Source: Podarcis gaigeae (lineage: Eukaryota). Taken from it: DNA of 64,000 bases. Shown in pieces: positions 12,594 to 24,899 of the stretch. The stretch's first letter is position 1, and each line of letters begins with the position of its first letter. The DNA lies in assembly GCA_964106915.2 (NCBI GenBank), contig OZ066917.1; one strand, written 5' to 3'. Both the position numbers and the translations under genes were made by a program. The notes under the pieces are model-generated. The model was not told the DNA's origin. It did no database searches and worked only from the letters and a program-made list of their open reading frames with translations.

Positions 12594-12990
12594 GCATTTT
12601 TGCTGCTCCTTCTTCCAATCTCAATTTTTTTCCTGTGGAGACATGATGCATTTGGGATTTCACAGAAGCTCAGCCAAAGAACATTACTCTAATAATATGT
12701 TTGCAGATATTATTAAAGTGCATCATGTTTTACAATCTAATTATTCCATCAGCTCATGTTTTCTTGTAGTCTGATCTAAATCCACAATTTGCTTGCATTG
12801 GCGTGTGGCATCTAACAAATTTTAGAAGTTGCAGCAATATTTCTGGGGCATGATCCAGCCAAAGTTCGGCCCCTTTCTCATTTACTTACTTCAAGAACAA
12901 AACCCGTTGTCAAGAGATGAGATCCAACATACCCCAACAGCACTGAAAATAGTCAAATAGTTTTTCCACAACTCCATATTCCAGGTAGTG

Positions 12991-13242
12991 CATAGGTAGG
13001 CAAACTAAGGCCCAGGGGCCAGATCCAGCCCATTCACCTTCTAAATCCAGCCCATGGACGGTCGAGTAATCAGCGTGTTTTTACATGAGTAGAATGTGTG
13101 CTTTTATTTAAAATGCATATCTGGGTTATTTGTGGGGCATAGGAATTTGTTCTTTTTTTTCTTTTCAAAATACAGTCCAGCCCCCCACAAGGTCTGAGGG
13201 ACAGTGGACCAGCCCCCTGCTGAAAAAGTTTGCTGATCCCTG
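12991..13242. mobile_element. hAT-superfamily MITE
   Basis: CATAGGTAGGCAAACT...AGTTTGCTGATCCCTG termini; 8-bp flanks AGGTAGTG / AGGTAGTT (7/8 match) as expected for a hAT TSD. Confidence 0.78.
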
Positions 13243-13738
13243 AGGTAGTTCTTATGAGGTGTGAATTGTTACATTATATTTAAGGGATTTCTGGGGAGAA
13301 ATATATTTCTTCTTGCAGCAAAGTGACCCCACAAACTGCTGATCAAAGCTATTAGCCATCATGGCTCCAAGTGTGTAGTCCTTTTACATGTAAGAAAAGA
13401 GAACAGATGTTGAAAAAATCAGTATTTTGTCTTTTTGCATAATAAACAAATTTCTTGCCTCCCTAAAGTCACTGCAAATAGTATCAGGGGTGAAGAGTAC
13501 CCCCCTCCCATTTTATAAACCTGAAATGCTTAAATGTTTTTTTCCCAGGTAGAAAAATTTCTGTGACCCAGCAAAACTGCCTTCCCCCTAATTATATTTA
13601 TAATTTTGCATTAATTTTACAGATTTGTGGCTTTTTGGAAAATGGATACCTTCAGTACCTTTTACAAATGTTTGAAAGAAACCAGAACCCTCACTTCAAC
13701 AGGTAGCCACAGCAAATCTCATTCAAGGACCTTTAGAT

Positions 13739-13926
13739 CAGGGCTAGCCAAAAGTGCTCATATAAATCAGGGCTAGCCATTGTGGTCCAGTCCCAGTCCC
13801 GCCCCCGACGAGTAGTTGTTGAACTACATGTCCCATCATCTCTGACCATTAAGCTTGCTGGTCAGGATTGGCACTGATGGGAGATATAATCCAAGAACTT
13901 CCGGAGGGCATGACACTGGCTACCCT
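13739..13926. mobile_element. Decayed hAT MITE related to 36970-37105
   Basis: CAGGGCTAGCCA...GAACTACATGTCCCATCA...TGATGGGAGATATAATCC...GGAGGGC...TGGCTACCCT foldback layout. Confidence 0.55.
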
Positions 13927-14827
13927 TTCTTTAGGTGAGCACTCCCCACCCCCACCCCCAGTTCAGAAAACAATGTGATCCCTCTGGCCTTCTTCAAAAT
14001 AATCTATAAATAATTCAAAATAATCAATAAAGTTCTCATCTGATTATCAATTTCAATGCCAAACTACCAATGCAAGAGGCAAGCTTGTGCGATCAGTTTA
14101 TCAACATGGTGATCCTCCAAAAAGATGCAGAACTCTCAGACCAATGGGGGTGAGGGGTATTGTTTTTGTTCATTACTACTTTGTATTTTTTGTGTTTTAT
14201 ATTGTAAACCACCCTGTGATCCTTGGATGAAGGGTGGCACAGAAAGTTGTTATTATTATTATTATTATTATTAACAAGATGGAAATCTTTATTATAATGA
14301 AACTAAGGGTGGTGAGGACACATATGACCTGATGATCTCCACAAACACTTTCAAACACATAATCGACCCACGATGCTGTGAGCATCCAAAATGATGTCGC
14401 TTCCTTAGGAGACCTCGATCTGGAGTTCATCAAATCCTGACTTGCGATTGAGTCTAGACGTATAGCCAGCTTCCCAGGGACATCAAATAGGACAGCCACA
14501 TAGCTGGTAGGGAGCTGGCATTGCTAACACCAAGGAAAAAGGAAGGTGTCATCTCTGCGGTTGCCCCAACGACAGACAATCACAGCGCAATGATGCGTTT
14601 CGTGTCCTAGTCATGCAGTTGTGAATTGCGGTAGCTGCACATAGGCTGCTCAGGTAGCATGTGCTATGCAATCTCTGTGGGTTTTTGTCATGCTGTTTCT
14701 AGTAGGTTCACAGCTTACAATCACTGCACTTGTGTAGCTGTTATAATTCTGTTATATTTATTTTAACGTCACAATCTTTTTCTTAAAGGAAAAAAACCTG
14801 TGTATTGTCAATGAGACATTACATACT

Positions 14828-14891
14828 ATCATAGAATCATAGAGTTGGAAGAGACCACAAGGGCCATCGAGTCCAACCCCCTGCCAAGCAG
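14828..14891 (-). mobile_element. Extremely 5'-truncated CR1 3' end
   Basis: ATCATAGAATCATAGAGTTGGAAGAGACCACAAGGGCCATCGAGTCCAACCCCCTGCCAAGCAG is the reverse complement of the CR1 tail at ~25458-25521. Confidence 0.85.
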
Positions 14892-14934
14892 ATTTTTTGT
14901 AGGTATTTTTTGTAGGTTTTTGCACTTTATATCA

Positions 14935-14966
14935 CTAATGGTCAGGGGTCCCTTTACCTTTACCTT
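14935..14966 (+). mobile_element. Sauria SINE 3' tail remnant
   Basis: CTAATGGTCAGGGGTCCCTTTACCTTTACCTT, matching the ends of the full SINE copies. Confidence 0.75.
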
Positions 14967-16832
14967 ATCATTGGGTGCAATGGACTCCAATCTGTAACTA
15001 TATTGATTTACTGGAAAGCAGGAGGTCTCAATAAATACATTGGGGTTATGTGCGCGCGTGTGTGTGTGTGTGTTTTTAATTTAAAAAAATGGAAATATTG
15101 CCCTTGTCCAAAACTTCCATCAGGAATTATAGCTGTATGGCTTTCCTGAAATACATTTGACTCCAATACGAGATTGGTAAAGTCGTTTTTTTCCAATATC
15201 TCACCAGGGTTGGGTTGGTGTTGCTTTTTGGCTTCCCAACATGAATCTTGCTGCCAGTAAGAAGAGGGAGAGGGGTGAAACAGTGATGACTCAACACAGT
15301 GCAAACACAGCGGCAATCTCTTGACCCTGCCACTGCACCCATACCATGCTGACCTTCCCACTATCTCACCTCATCCTTTCCCCTCCATTTATCAGCAGTG
15401 TCCCCTGTGTTGAGAAGCAAGGTGAGCAGCACCACACCACCCTCTTCCGCCCCGCTAACCGCTACTGAGTTTTTCTGTTGATGGATAATGAATTTCTCCA
15501 ATCAAGATCGATGCCATTTCAAAGTGTTTGACACTGGCTGAATTGTGCCCCAAATAGTCACGATTTTAGACTGTAGTTTCTTTATTAATACTGACAAAGC
15601 ATCTTTTGTTTTCACATTTCACATATGGTTATTAATACCACAATCAGAGCTTTCTGGCTAATATGAATACATGAAACAGATCTGTGATGAATCAGACCAC
15701 AGACCCATTTAGACCACTACAACTTGTACTGTACAAATTATTCTAACTGGCAGTGACTCACCAGTATCTTGTGAAAGTATGTTTTTTCCAGATTTACTAC
15801 TTAAGAGTCTTCTCACTGGAGATGGTCAGGCGATTTAACATGGGACCTTCTGCAAGCAAAATACATGCTATGGACCATCTCACGCCTCTCAGACAACCAG
15901 AATTTTACCATGTGACCACAGGGACACATTGTGATACAGAGGGCATGAGACTTACCACGTCACTGTAATGATAAAACTACGTTTGTGCAGCTTTGTGCTT
16001 TTGCTTATGATGCCCGTTCAATAGTTTTACAATGTTTTATTCAGTTGCATTGACGCATCAACGTTTTGTTGTGCAACGTTGCTTCCCTGCTCTCTCCTCT
16101 GCTTGTGTGCCCTCACTGCCCCTAAATCTACTCCAGGGGTTCCCACAACCCTATGGAGAACACCTGGGAGGAAGGTGGGGGAAGAAGAGGGCAGGGAAGT
16201 TAAATATCAGAGCTAAAAGTCATTGCGCTAGCATAAAATGTTTAGTTGAAAACTACCCAATATCTGTGTCTTTTAAATATAGTTTAATGTATATCCCGTC
16301 TGGTTTCCTCTTGGGTTCCTGAGTGGATCCACTTTAACTACTTTAAAAGACTAGATTTACTGCTCAAAACTGATTTTTTCCTATTTCTTTTTCTCATTAT
16401 GCATTCAGGTAAAAATAGAAATAAGAGAGAAAATATGAGAAGCCCTTGCTTTAGGAGGTCTGGATTCAGCATGGAAAACATTGATACAGCCAGATCAGAT
16501 ATTAATAAACTCTTTCGTGGTAGTACACTTTCCCCAAAAGTTTTAAGAACTTTCCATTTAATTAAAAATAGCTCAAAAATATTAGCAGCCAACAGCAATT
16601 AAAGATAATCAAATCTGGCAAAATGTGTAGGAAGTATAAAAAGATCTGTAGATATTTTGGTTAAATGCTTATTATCAACCGAAGAACTGTTTGCTGTACA
16701 AAAACGGTACAATGCTTATCGTTAAAACGTAAAACATTCCTCCAAAGTTCTTATGCCTGATTTTCCGCTTTTATAATATGCAACTGAATGGGGGGAGGGA
16801 AAGAGTCTTCAAATAATAATAAAAAAGGCCTA

Positions 16833-17125
16833 NNNNNNNNNNNNNNNNNNNNNNNNNNNNNNNNNNNNNNNNNNNNNNNNNNNNNNNNNNNNNNNNNNNN
16901 NNNNNNNNNNNNNNNNNNNNNNNNNNNNNNNNNNNNNNNNNNNNNNNNNNNNNNNNNNNNNNNNNNNNNNNNNNNNNNNNNNNNNNNNNNNNNNNNNNNN
17001 NNNNNNNNNNNNNNNNNNNNNNNNNNNNNNNNNNNNNNNNNNNNNNNNNNNNNNNNNNNNNNNNNNNNNNNNNNNNNNNNNNNNNNNNNNNNNNNNNNNN
17101 NNNNNNNNNNNNNNNNNNNNNNNNN
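16833..17125. other. N-run, 293 bp (others: 31093-31280, 34497-34682, 35861-36040, 46555-46694, 55927-56284)
   Basis: Undetermined or masked bases. Confidence 0.99.
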
Positions 17126-19579
17126 AAGATGCAACAACAGACCTTTTGCAATTTTCTATTATTTCTCCTGTCTTCATCGCAAAATCTTCTTGTCTTTTAA
17201 TACCACTTGGTGTCTCGGTGATTATTATTTGTTTGCTAATGATATGGCATGATTGCTTGTTCTATATTAAAAAAGAAAGGCTAGAAGGTGCTGAAACCAA
17301 TTTTCCACACTTTTTGTTAGTCAACTATGGTTTATACCACTTTTTAATTTGTTTATTAGAAATACTTCTTCTTTACAAGATGAAATAAAGAAAAATATTC
17401 TTGCAAAAGGTTAGGAAGCTTTGCAAATATTTTAAATGCATGGGGAAACATAACTGATGGAAAAGCTTTTAAAATACTATTTTAAGTAAAACAGGACATG
17501 TTTCATTCTTATCTATAAGTTTTGCTAAAGTTTTAAGAAAAGCAGAAGTATAGATTAGTTTGTTTTCGCTGTACAAAAAGCAAGCTGTGTTAATTCAACT
17601 GTGGTCTCGAAGGAGTTCAATTTAATTTGTGTGGCACAACTAGGAAGTAACAGAGTCCTTGCAAGATCAGTCTCTTGGTACTTTTCAGCATGCATGTGAT
17701 CAGATGTTGAATTTAATGCAGAACATTCCTTCATATCTGGATGTCTCAAAATTAAAATAAATGAGTGTATCAGCTATGCATAAAATCATTGCTTAGATTT
17801 GTAATATACTGGCTCATTGTAAATTGTCCATTAAATGGCTGAAAGGTAACATGAAACAAACTACTGACGTATTAACTTTCTTGATCATGAGATATTGTCC
17901 AAAAGGGGAGGGAAATGTATATACGGGCTACTATCCTGCTTAAATACTATTAAAGTGAATGAGATGTAAGCAGGATTGCATCCACAGCTTGCAATAATAA
18001 ACTTTCTCTACAACTCTTGAGGCATATTTTATCATATTTCACAATTACTACTAAAACCTCACAATCTAAGTTAACAGTGATTTGGATTACCCACCACAAC
18101 CAAATTATGCTAGGAGGCCTTTGGCTTGGAGTGTAGACTGAAACACAAAAGATTCTTACACCATATGGCCTGCGTATTGAAAACAAATGTTCTGATATTA
18201 ACTTTCTAATAGATTATTACTCATTTCTGCTCCGAAGATATCAAAGCATGGGCTTCCTCTGGCCTGGGCTTCTGCTGGAAAACTGTGGCTGGACTATTGC
18301 ATTGCACAACAATCAATATGCTTTCCCCTCCTCCAGTTTTCCTCTTTAAAACATCAGTAAAACAGAAGAGAGCTTTCAATCTAAACATAATTGCTAACAT
18401 AACCCCAAGTGAATAACTTTAACTAACCCTGGAACAATAAACACATGACTAACTTTAATCAGAGAAATGAAGTCATCACTATGCTTGGTTTGGAAAACAG
18501 GGCTCCAAATTAAAGCAAACACATCCGAACAACTCTTTATGGCCCCTCTTCCCTTTGCCTGAATACGCTGCTCTATTGTAAACCACTGAGGTCCATCCAT
18601 GAATTACCACTCTATTTATTGTCTGTCTTTTTTTAACTGTTGCTTTCTTCTAGTTTCAAGTTTCTCAGCATGAGCTGTCTGTTTAACTCTACTCAAGTAA
18701 CATGTAACAAGAAAAGAATTTCCCCGTCTATAATAATATTGCTTATTTTATTTCCTCAACCCAAACCACCTGTTCAATTTTGCTATATCAAGCTCTGCAA
18801 AATGACTGGCTACCTCAATATATTTACTGAGAAATGAAAGGCTGCTAAAATGCAGTTGCTGCTCTTCTTTGCTTATAAACTAAGAACAGCACCACCCAAC
18901 ATATGCTTTCCTGATTCAAGAGGAGTAAAGGGTTTGCCCTATGCAACCCAGAGGAAAGACCAAATACAGTTACACTTCTTAATTTATGTAAGCATCACTC
19001 AAAATGGTCTCCGGGCTGCTTCAGATATAGTGCTCAATTATCAAAATGAAAACTGCCTTCTGAAATCTCTTTCTTGACCTGGGGACCAACTGTGATTATT
19101 CAGTGATGGGGGAAAGCACCTTGTGAGCATGTGCACACATACAAACATAGGTATTCTCTTATTATTTTACAGCTTCCAAGGCTGAGGCCTCTCCCAAGTT
19201 CAATAATTATACAGCTCTTAGCTGCACCTAAAGTCTTGCTGACAACAGGCATTTAAATTAGTTGTGACTCCATTCTTCCATTGATTTCAGTAGGATTAAG
19301 GGAGGTTTCTGGGATGAGACCTGTTGAGTCCAAGTTCAGATTAAACCCTTTAAGGCATTCAAGATGAAAAACATTTTTGACTAAGCAAAATCTTCCAAAA
19401 TGCAAGTGTATGACAACTTATAGAGCCCAATTCTAATGCTTTCTTTAGCCTAGGTTACATTTCCAAAAAATAATAATCTGTTGAACAAATTTATGGTAAG
19501 ATAAGGTAACAATTTACATTAAATTTTCATTGCTGTAGAAAGCTCTGGTCCTCAAAATACAATACTACTCCTATCAATA

Positions 19580-19805
19580 CAGTGGCACCTCAGGTTAAGA
19601 ACGTAATTCGTTCTGGAGGTCAGTTCTTAACCTGAAACTGTTCTTAACCTGAGGTACCACTTTAGCTAATGGGGACTCCCGCTGCCGCCGCGCCGCAAGA
19701 GCACGATTTCTGTTTTCATCCTGAAGCAAAGTTCTTAACCTGAGGTACTATTTCTGGGTTAGCGGAGTCTGTAACCTGAAGCGTCTGTAACCTGAGGTAC
19801 CACTG
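19580..19805. mobile_element. Tigger/pogo-like Tc1/mariner MITE (226 bp)
   Basis: TA|CAGTGGCACCTCAGGTTA...TAACCTGAGGTACCACTG|TA; internal TTCTTAACCTGA repeats. Confidence 0.88.
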
Positions 19806-19807
19806 TA

Positions 19808-21301
19808 CAGTGGTGCCTCGCAAGACGAAATTAATTCGTTCCGCAAGTCTTTTCGTCTTGCGAGTTTTTCGTCTTGCGAAGCACGGTTTCCCATAGGAAT
19901 GCATTGAAAATCAATCAATGCGTTCCTATGGAAACCGCCTTCAGACCAGGTCCGGGGACAGTCTGTCCCCCGACCTCTTCTGAAGGCCGGCGGGGGGGGG
20001 AAGTATTTGTTTTCCCCCGCCTGCCTTCCCGGGACAGCGGAGACTTCTCCGCTGTCCTGGGGTGATTTTAAAATGCTGGCGGGCGCCAGCGAAGCCTTCG
20101 CTGCCGTCCCCCAGCATTTTAAAAACCCCGGGACAGCGGAGGACTTCTCCGCTGTCCGGGGCGATCTTAAAATGCTGGCGGGCGGCAGCGCTGCCGCCCG
20201 CCAGCATTTTAAAATCGCCCCGGGACAGCGGATGAATTCTCCGCTGTCCCGGGGCGATTTAAAAGCCCCCGGGAAGGCAGGCATGGGGGACAAAGACTTT
20301 TGCCCCCCTCCAGCCTTCAGAAGAGGTCCAGAGGGCTCTCCAAGCTGCGGATAGCAGCCTGCTGCCCCGCGCGAGGGGCGCTCTGCTTAAGAGCGCCCCT
20401 CGCGCGGGGCAGCAGGCTGCTATCCGCAGCCTAGGCGGGAACTCTTCTGAAGGCTGGCGGGGGAGAAGGGCTTTCCTCCCCACCGCCAGCCTTCAGAACA
20501 GCCTTCTGAATGTTGGCGGTGGGGAGGAAAACCTTCCTCCCACCGCAAGTCTTCAAGACAGGTCCGGGAACAGAGGAGAAGCGCTGCGCACCTTCCCTTC
20601 TGTTCCCGGGCCTGTCCTGAAGTCTTGCGGTGGGAGGAGGGCTTTCCTCCCCACCGCTAACATGCAGAATGCTGTTCTGAATGTTGGCGGTGGGGAGGAA
20701 AAACCCTCCTCCCACCGCAAGCCCCGGGAACAGAGGAGAAGCGCTGCGCACCTTCCCCTCTGTTCCCGGACCTGTCCTGAAGGCTTGCGGTGGGAGGAGG
20801 GCTTTCCTCCCCACCACCAACATGCAGAATGCTGTTCTGAATGTTGGCGGTGGGGAGGAAAAACCCTCCTCCCACCGCAAGCCCCGGGAACAGAGGAGAA
20901 GCGCTGCGCACCTTCCCCTCTGTTCCCGGACCTGTCCTGAAGGCTTGCGGTGGGAGGAGGGCTTTCCTCCCCACCGCCAACATGCAGAAGGCTGTTCTGA
21001 ATGTTGGCGGTGGGGAGGAAAAAGCCTCCTCCCACCGCAAGCCCCGGGAACAGAGGAGAAGCGCTGCGCACCTTCCCCTCTGTTCCCGGACCTCCCACCG
21101 CAAGCCTTAGGACAGGTCCGGGAACAGAGGAGAAGGCGCGCTGCGCTTCCCCGCTGTCCCCAGAGATTTCCCTATGGGCTTTCGTCTTGCGAAGCAAGCC
21201 CATAGGGAAATTTGTCTTGCGAAGCCGCTAAAAAATCGGAAAACCCTTTCGTCTTGCGGGTTTTTCGTTTAGCGAGGCATTCGTCTTGCGGGGCACCACT
21301 G
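19808..21301. mobile_element. Large Tigger/pogo-like non-autonomous element (1494 bp) with a GC-rich hairpin and tandem-repeat core
   Basis: TA|CAGTGGTGCCTCGCAAGACGAA ... TTCGTCTTGCGGGGCACCACTG|TA; subterminal TTCGTCTTGCG repeats at both ends; no transposase. Confidence 0.9.
20500..21100. repeat. 160-bp GC-rich tandem repeat (~3.7 copies) made of short hairpins
   Basis: CATGCAGAA(T/G)GCTGTTCTGAATGTTGGCGGTGGGGAGG at 20661, 20821 and 20981; the first unit is 11 bp longer. Confidence 0.92.
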
Positions 21302-21602
21302 TACTAGAATATTCAATGATACTGGGAGCACTGGGTGCTTCTTTCAAAGATGGTCATATATTATTATTTATATAATTTACATATTTGGTCATGAGATTTT
21401 GGGAAAGGAAGAAGAGTTATGAGAATGTTTATTCTGTATGTAATGTGCATGTATGTATACCTTCTCTCTCTCTCTCTCCATTCCTGGGGCTACTGCAATA
21501 GCAAGTTGATGAATGGAGTAGATGGAGCAAGGTCCCTTCTCAAGTAACCATTTATAGTAAGCCTGCAACTTAAGTTGGGGTTAAATTTAGGGAATTGTAC
21601 CT

Positions 21603-21950
21603 GGTGGTGCTGTGGGTTAAACCACAGAGCCTAGGGCTTGCCGATCAGAAGGTCGGCGGTTTGAATCCCTGTGATGGGGTGAGCTCCTGTTCCTTGGTCC
21701 CTGCTCCTGCCAACCTAGCAGTTCGAAAGCACATTAAAGTGCAAGTAGATAAATAGGTACCGTTCCAGCGGGAAGGTAAACGGCGCTTCCGTGCATTGCT
21801 CTGGTTCGCCAGAAGCGGCTTAGTCATGCTGGCCACATGACCAGCTGTACGCCGGCTCCCTCGGCCAATAAAGCGAGATGAGTGTCGCAACCCCAGAGTC
21901 AGCCATGACTGGACCTAATGGTCAGGGGTCCCTTTACCCTTTACCTTACC
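21603..21950 (+). mobile_element. Sauria SINE (Squam1)
   Basis: tRNA-like head GGTGGTGCTGTGGGTTAAACC...GGTTTGAATCC, body AAGTGCAAGTAGATAAATAGGTACC, tail AGAGTCAGCCATGACTGGACC...TTTACC repeats. Confidence 0.92.
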
Positions 21951-24189
21951 TAAAGCTAAAAATGCATATAGTGAAAACTATATAGTCAAAACACACTGGG
22001 TGCAACGGCACGTGAGACTGCCAAAGTTGCCCCTCCCCAACCGATATCTACCACCCCTGATGAATGTGCGCAAGTTAAACCATTGTAAGTAATTATGGAA
22101 CTAGAAGGGAGTTGCAACCTGCTTTTATATACAGTGTATTTGCTCTGACTAAATTAAGAACTAAAACTTTCCAGCATCACTCAGATTGCCGCAAGATGCA
22201 GAAATACATTTTGGAGTGGCCAGACCTTATCACGCCGAAGATTCATCCGTAAGTGACAAGCTTCTTGAAACAGGCCCATGTGACTCAAGCAAAGGATCTA
22301 TACTCAGCAGTATGGCGTGGGCATTGCCTCTGAAAGCTCACAACACAAAGTAACCATCAGCTAGCATGTCACACAGAAAAATTCCTTTCCACTCACAAAT
22401 GTGTCATGATTGATTGGTTGGCTGGTTGACTGATAATCATAAAATAAATAAATATTAGATCCTTTAAAAGGCAAGCCAAAACCATCCATCAATCTAGACA
22501 GGAGGAAAGTAATATTAAGACGGAAAGTAATGTTAAAAGCCCAGAAATTGTAACTTACTTTCTCTATTCACATTCAGGGTCCCCATGTGTTCATAAGTCT
22601 AAATCACAAACGTACCATGCATATTGGTCTTCAATAAACATTTTTAAAAATTCTTTTAATAAAATTTATTGCCGCAGAGCTTTTTTCCCATGAGTATTAT
22701 TACACAATCTGATTGAAAATAGGTATTCGCTAATGAGTTGCGGCAGAATTTGTAATGTGGTTGTGTAGTTGGGCTGTGGACGAGTTCTGGCTTCTCAGAC
22801 TTCAAACAATAGTTGCACCACTGTTTGGGCTGCAAAGAAAACACTGAGATCTTCTAAAAATGTTTCTGCACAGTGTGTCTGTGCTTACTGGGTTCATACC
22901 TGCGTGAATGAGACTGCAACAGCAAACTAAAAACAGAAATATATTTATCCTTTATAACCAGGAGTTCCTTCAATATTTCATGGAAAGAATGCCTTTAATG
23001 TATAGATTTTGGGTGTGAATTATGTAGTTAGTTTGTGTGATATTTGCGGGAAGCCCATGTAGTATAATGGAACTTGGACCAGAGAAACTCAGCTAAAATC
23101 CTTACTTGCCATGAAGCTCAATGGGTAATCTCAGGCCAGTTTACGTTGTTATTGCAAAGATAAAATGCCTTACATATGCTATCAGGAAGTCCTTGGAAGA
23201 AGAGCGTCAAACACGAAATAAATACTGTAACTGGGACCCCCAACAAAATATTGCAATGTGTCCTCACCCCCTAACAAGAATTCAGGATCCCAAGCACCCC
23301 AACCTTCAGACACGATATTCCACTCCCGTTGTTTTTTCCAACAAGCATTTCACATTCTGTGGCTATATTGGGAGGAAGGTGCCTCCTTATTGATAACTTT
23401 TGGAAACCTCGGGATTCAAAGTACATTGCTTCCCAGTAAAGTATGACACTGTGGGGCTACACTGCTTACCTAACCTTCCTTCAGACAAGTCACTGTCACA
23501 TACTAGGTCAAAGGGAAGAGGGTCAAGTCAGGACAATGCAAATGCACAAGTGGAGTCTACCCAGTACTCCTGCTGGCGTGTTTGCACCACACCAACTTCA
23601 CTGTCCCCTTGGACCCTTTCCTCTCTTTATCCCATTGTGCAGTAGTGACTTGGCCAGTTGGTGACACTGCACCATCTGCTGCCGCTGCTGCGTCTCCTCT
23701 GGCCACATTCTGGCTCTACTTCTGCCAGCGCTTACCACCTGTGATGCCAACAGATACTGCGTTAGAATAAAACGAGAAAGAGGAGAAAACAGTCATGGCA
23801 GTTCTCTACATCCTATATAGTAGCAACCTCTTGAAACTCCAGATGTTTGGTAACCGCCTCCTACAGTACTTGAAAATGCCAAAAGACGTGGAATAGGATC
23901 AAAGGAGGATATCATATTGTTGGCATCTGTCTCTCTCAAGAGGCAATGGAGCGCCGCCTCTGGCAGCAAAGTCAGACTGCTGGAGAATCACAGTGCCTGC
24001 TGTGGCTGCAGAGGCTGGTAACTCGTAAATGATGCCTCTTGCATTGTTTCTGCTGTGTTAGCAAAACTGAAGTGATCTCTCTGGGATGCAGCCTGGACAG
24101 TGTGTATGGAGAGGCGATCTTTATTTCTCCCACAACATTGGCTACTATGATTAGCAGCAACTCTGTCAAGGCCCAAGGAAGTTCCTTCC

Positions 24190-24282
24190 CATTACCTGCT
24201 ACCTGAGCCTTTTCACTGGAGATGCTAAGGATTGGACTTGGGGAACTTCTTTATGCAAAGGATGTGCTTTACCACTGAGCCA
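24190..24282 (-). mobile_element. Old tRNA-head SINE fragment (related copies near 15815-15890, 34725-34890, 51510-51700)
   Basis: GGAGATGCTAAGGATTGGACTTGGGG...ATGCAAAGGATGTGCTTTACCACTGAGC resembles reversed B/A boxes of a common squamate SINE; heavily diverged. Confidence 0.45.
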
Positions 24283-24899
24283 GAAGAGTAACCCTCCTTA
24301 AAGGAGATAGAGAGTACTGGAGAGAGAAGAGAAAGCAGGCCATATGGCTAATTAAAAGCGATTCATCCATCCCACACATTTTGAGGGCTAATATTCAAAA
24401 TCTGATCCAAAGTTCCAATGCTTGACATTTGTCATATATTTTTATCAGATAACAGCAAATGACAAATGTCAAACACTAAACGTCAGCCTCTTTTTATTCA
24501 GCATTCATAAGGATCCTTGAACGGTTAATTTTTAAAAGGCATTTAGAAGGGTTTTCAGAAGTAATGCCAATGTAAAGTAACAAAGAGAACCTTAAAGACT
24601 ACGGGAGCAACCTAACGCCGCTGTAAAGCCAAGTTTGGGATCTTAGGAAATGACGCAAATAATGTTGTGCTGGCAGAGGAAGAGGAATGACAAAGGGAGG
24701 ATTGTTTACATCACTGGATACGTAGCCTGACATGCCAGTGCAAAGCTCCCTTGATCCACTAATTGGCATAAATGGTCCACTAGCAATAATCTACCATCAG
24801 AGCAGGGGAAACGGTGTATTGGATACACATTAATACCAGGCATGGATACCACATACAAATCGCCTTTGCTTCCCCAACATGCCCACAGAAATGGAATAA

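Noticed and set aside
14390-14441. C/D-box snoRNA-like ATGATG...CTGA
   Set aside because: Short, imperfect C box, no terminal stem or recognisable guide; expected by chance.
16751-17252. ORFs spanning N-runs (here and at the other five gaps)
   Set aside because: Artefacts of translating Ns.
20500-21100. CRISPR-like or attC-like array of palindromic repeats
   Set aside because: Units are wholly repeated with no unique spacers or cassettes; vertebrate context; enclosed by transposon TIRs.
19748-21231. Many ORFs up to 216 aa on both strands
   Set aside because: GC-rich palindromic tandem repeats lack stops by composition; no DDE/D transposase motifs.
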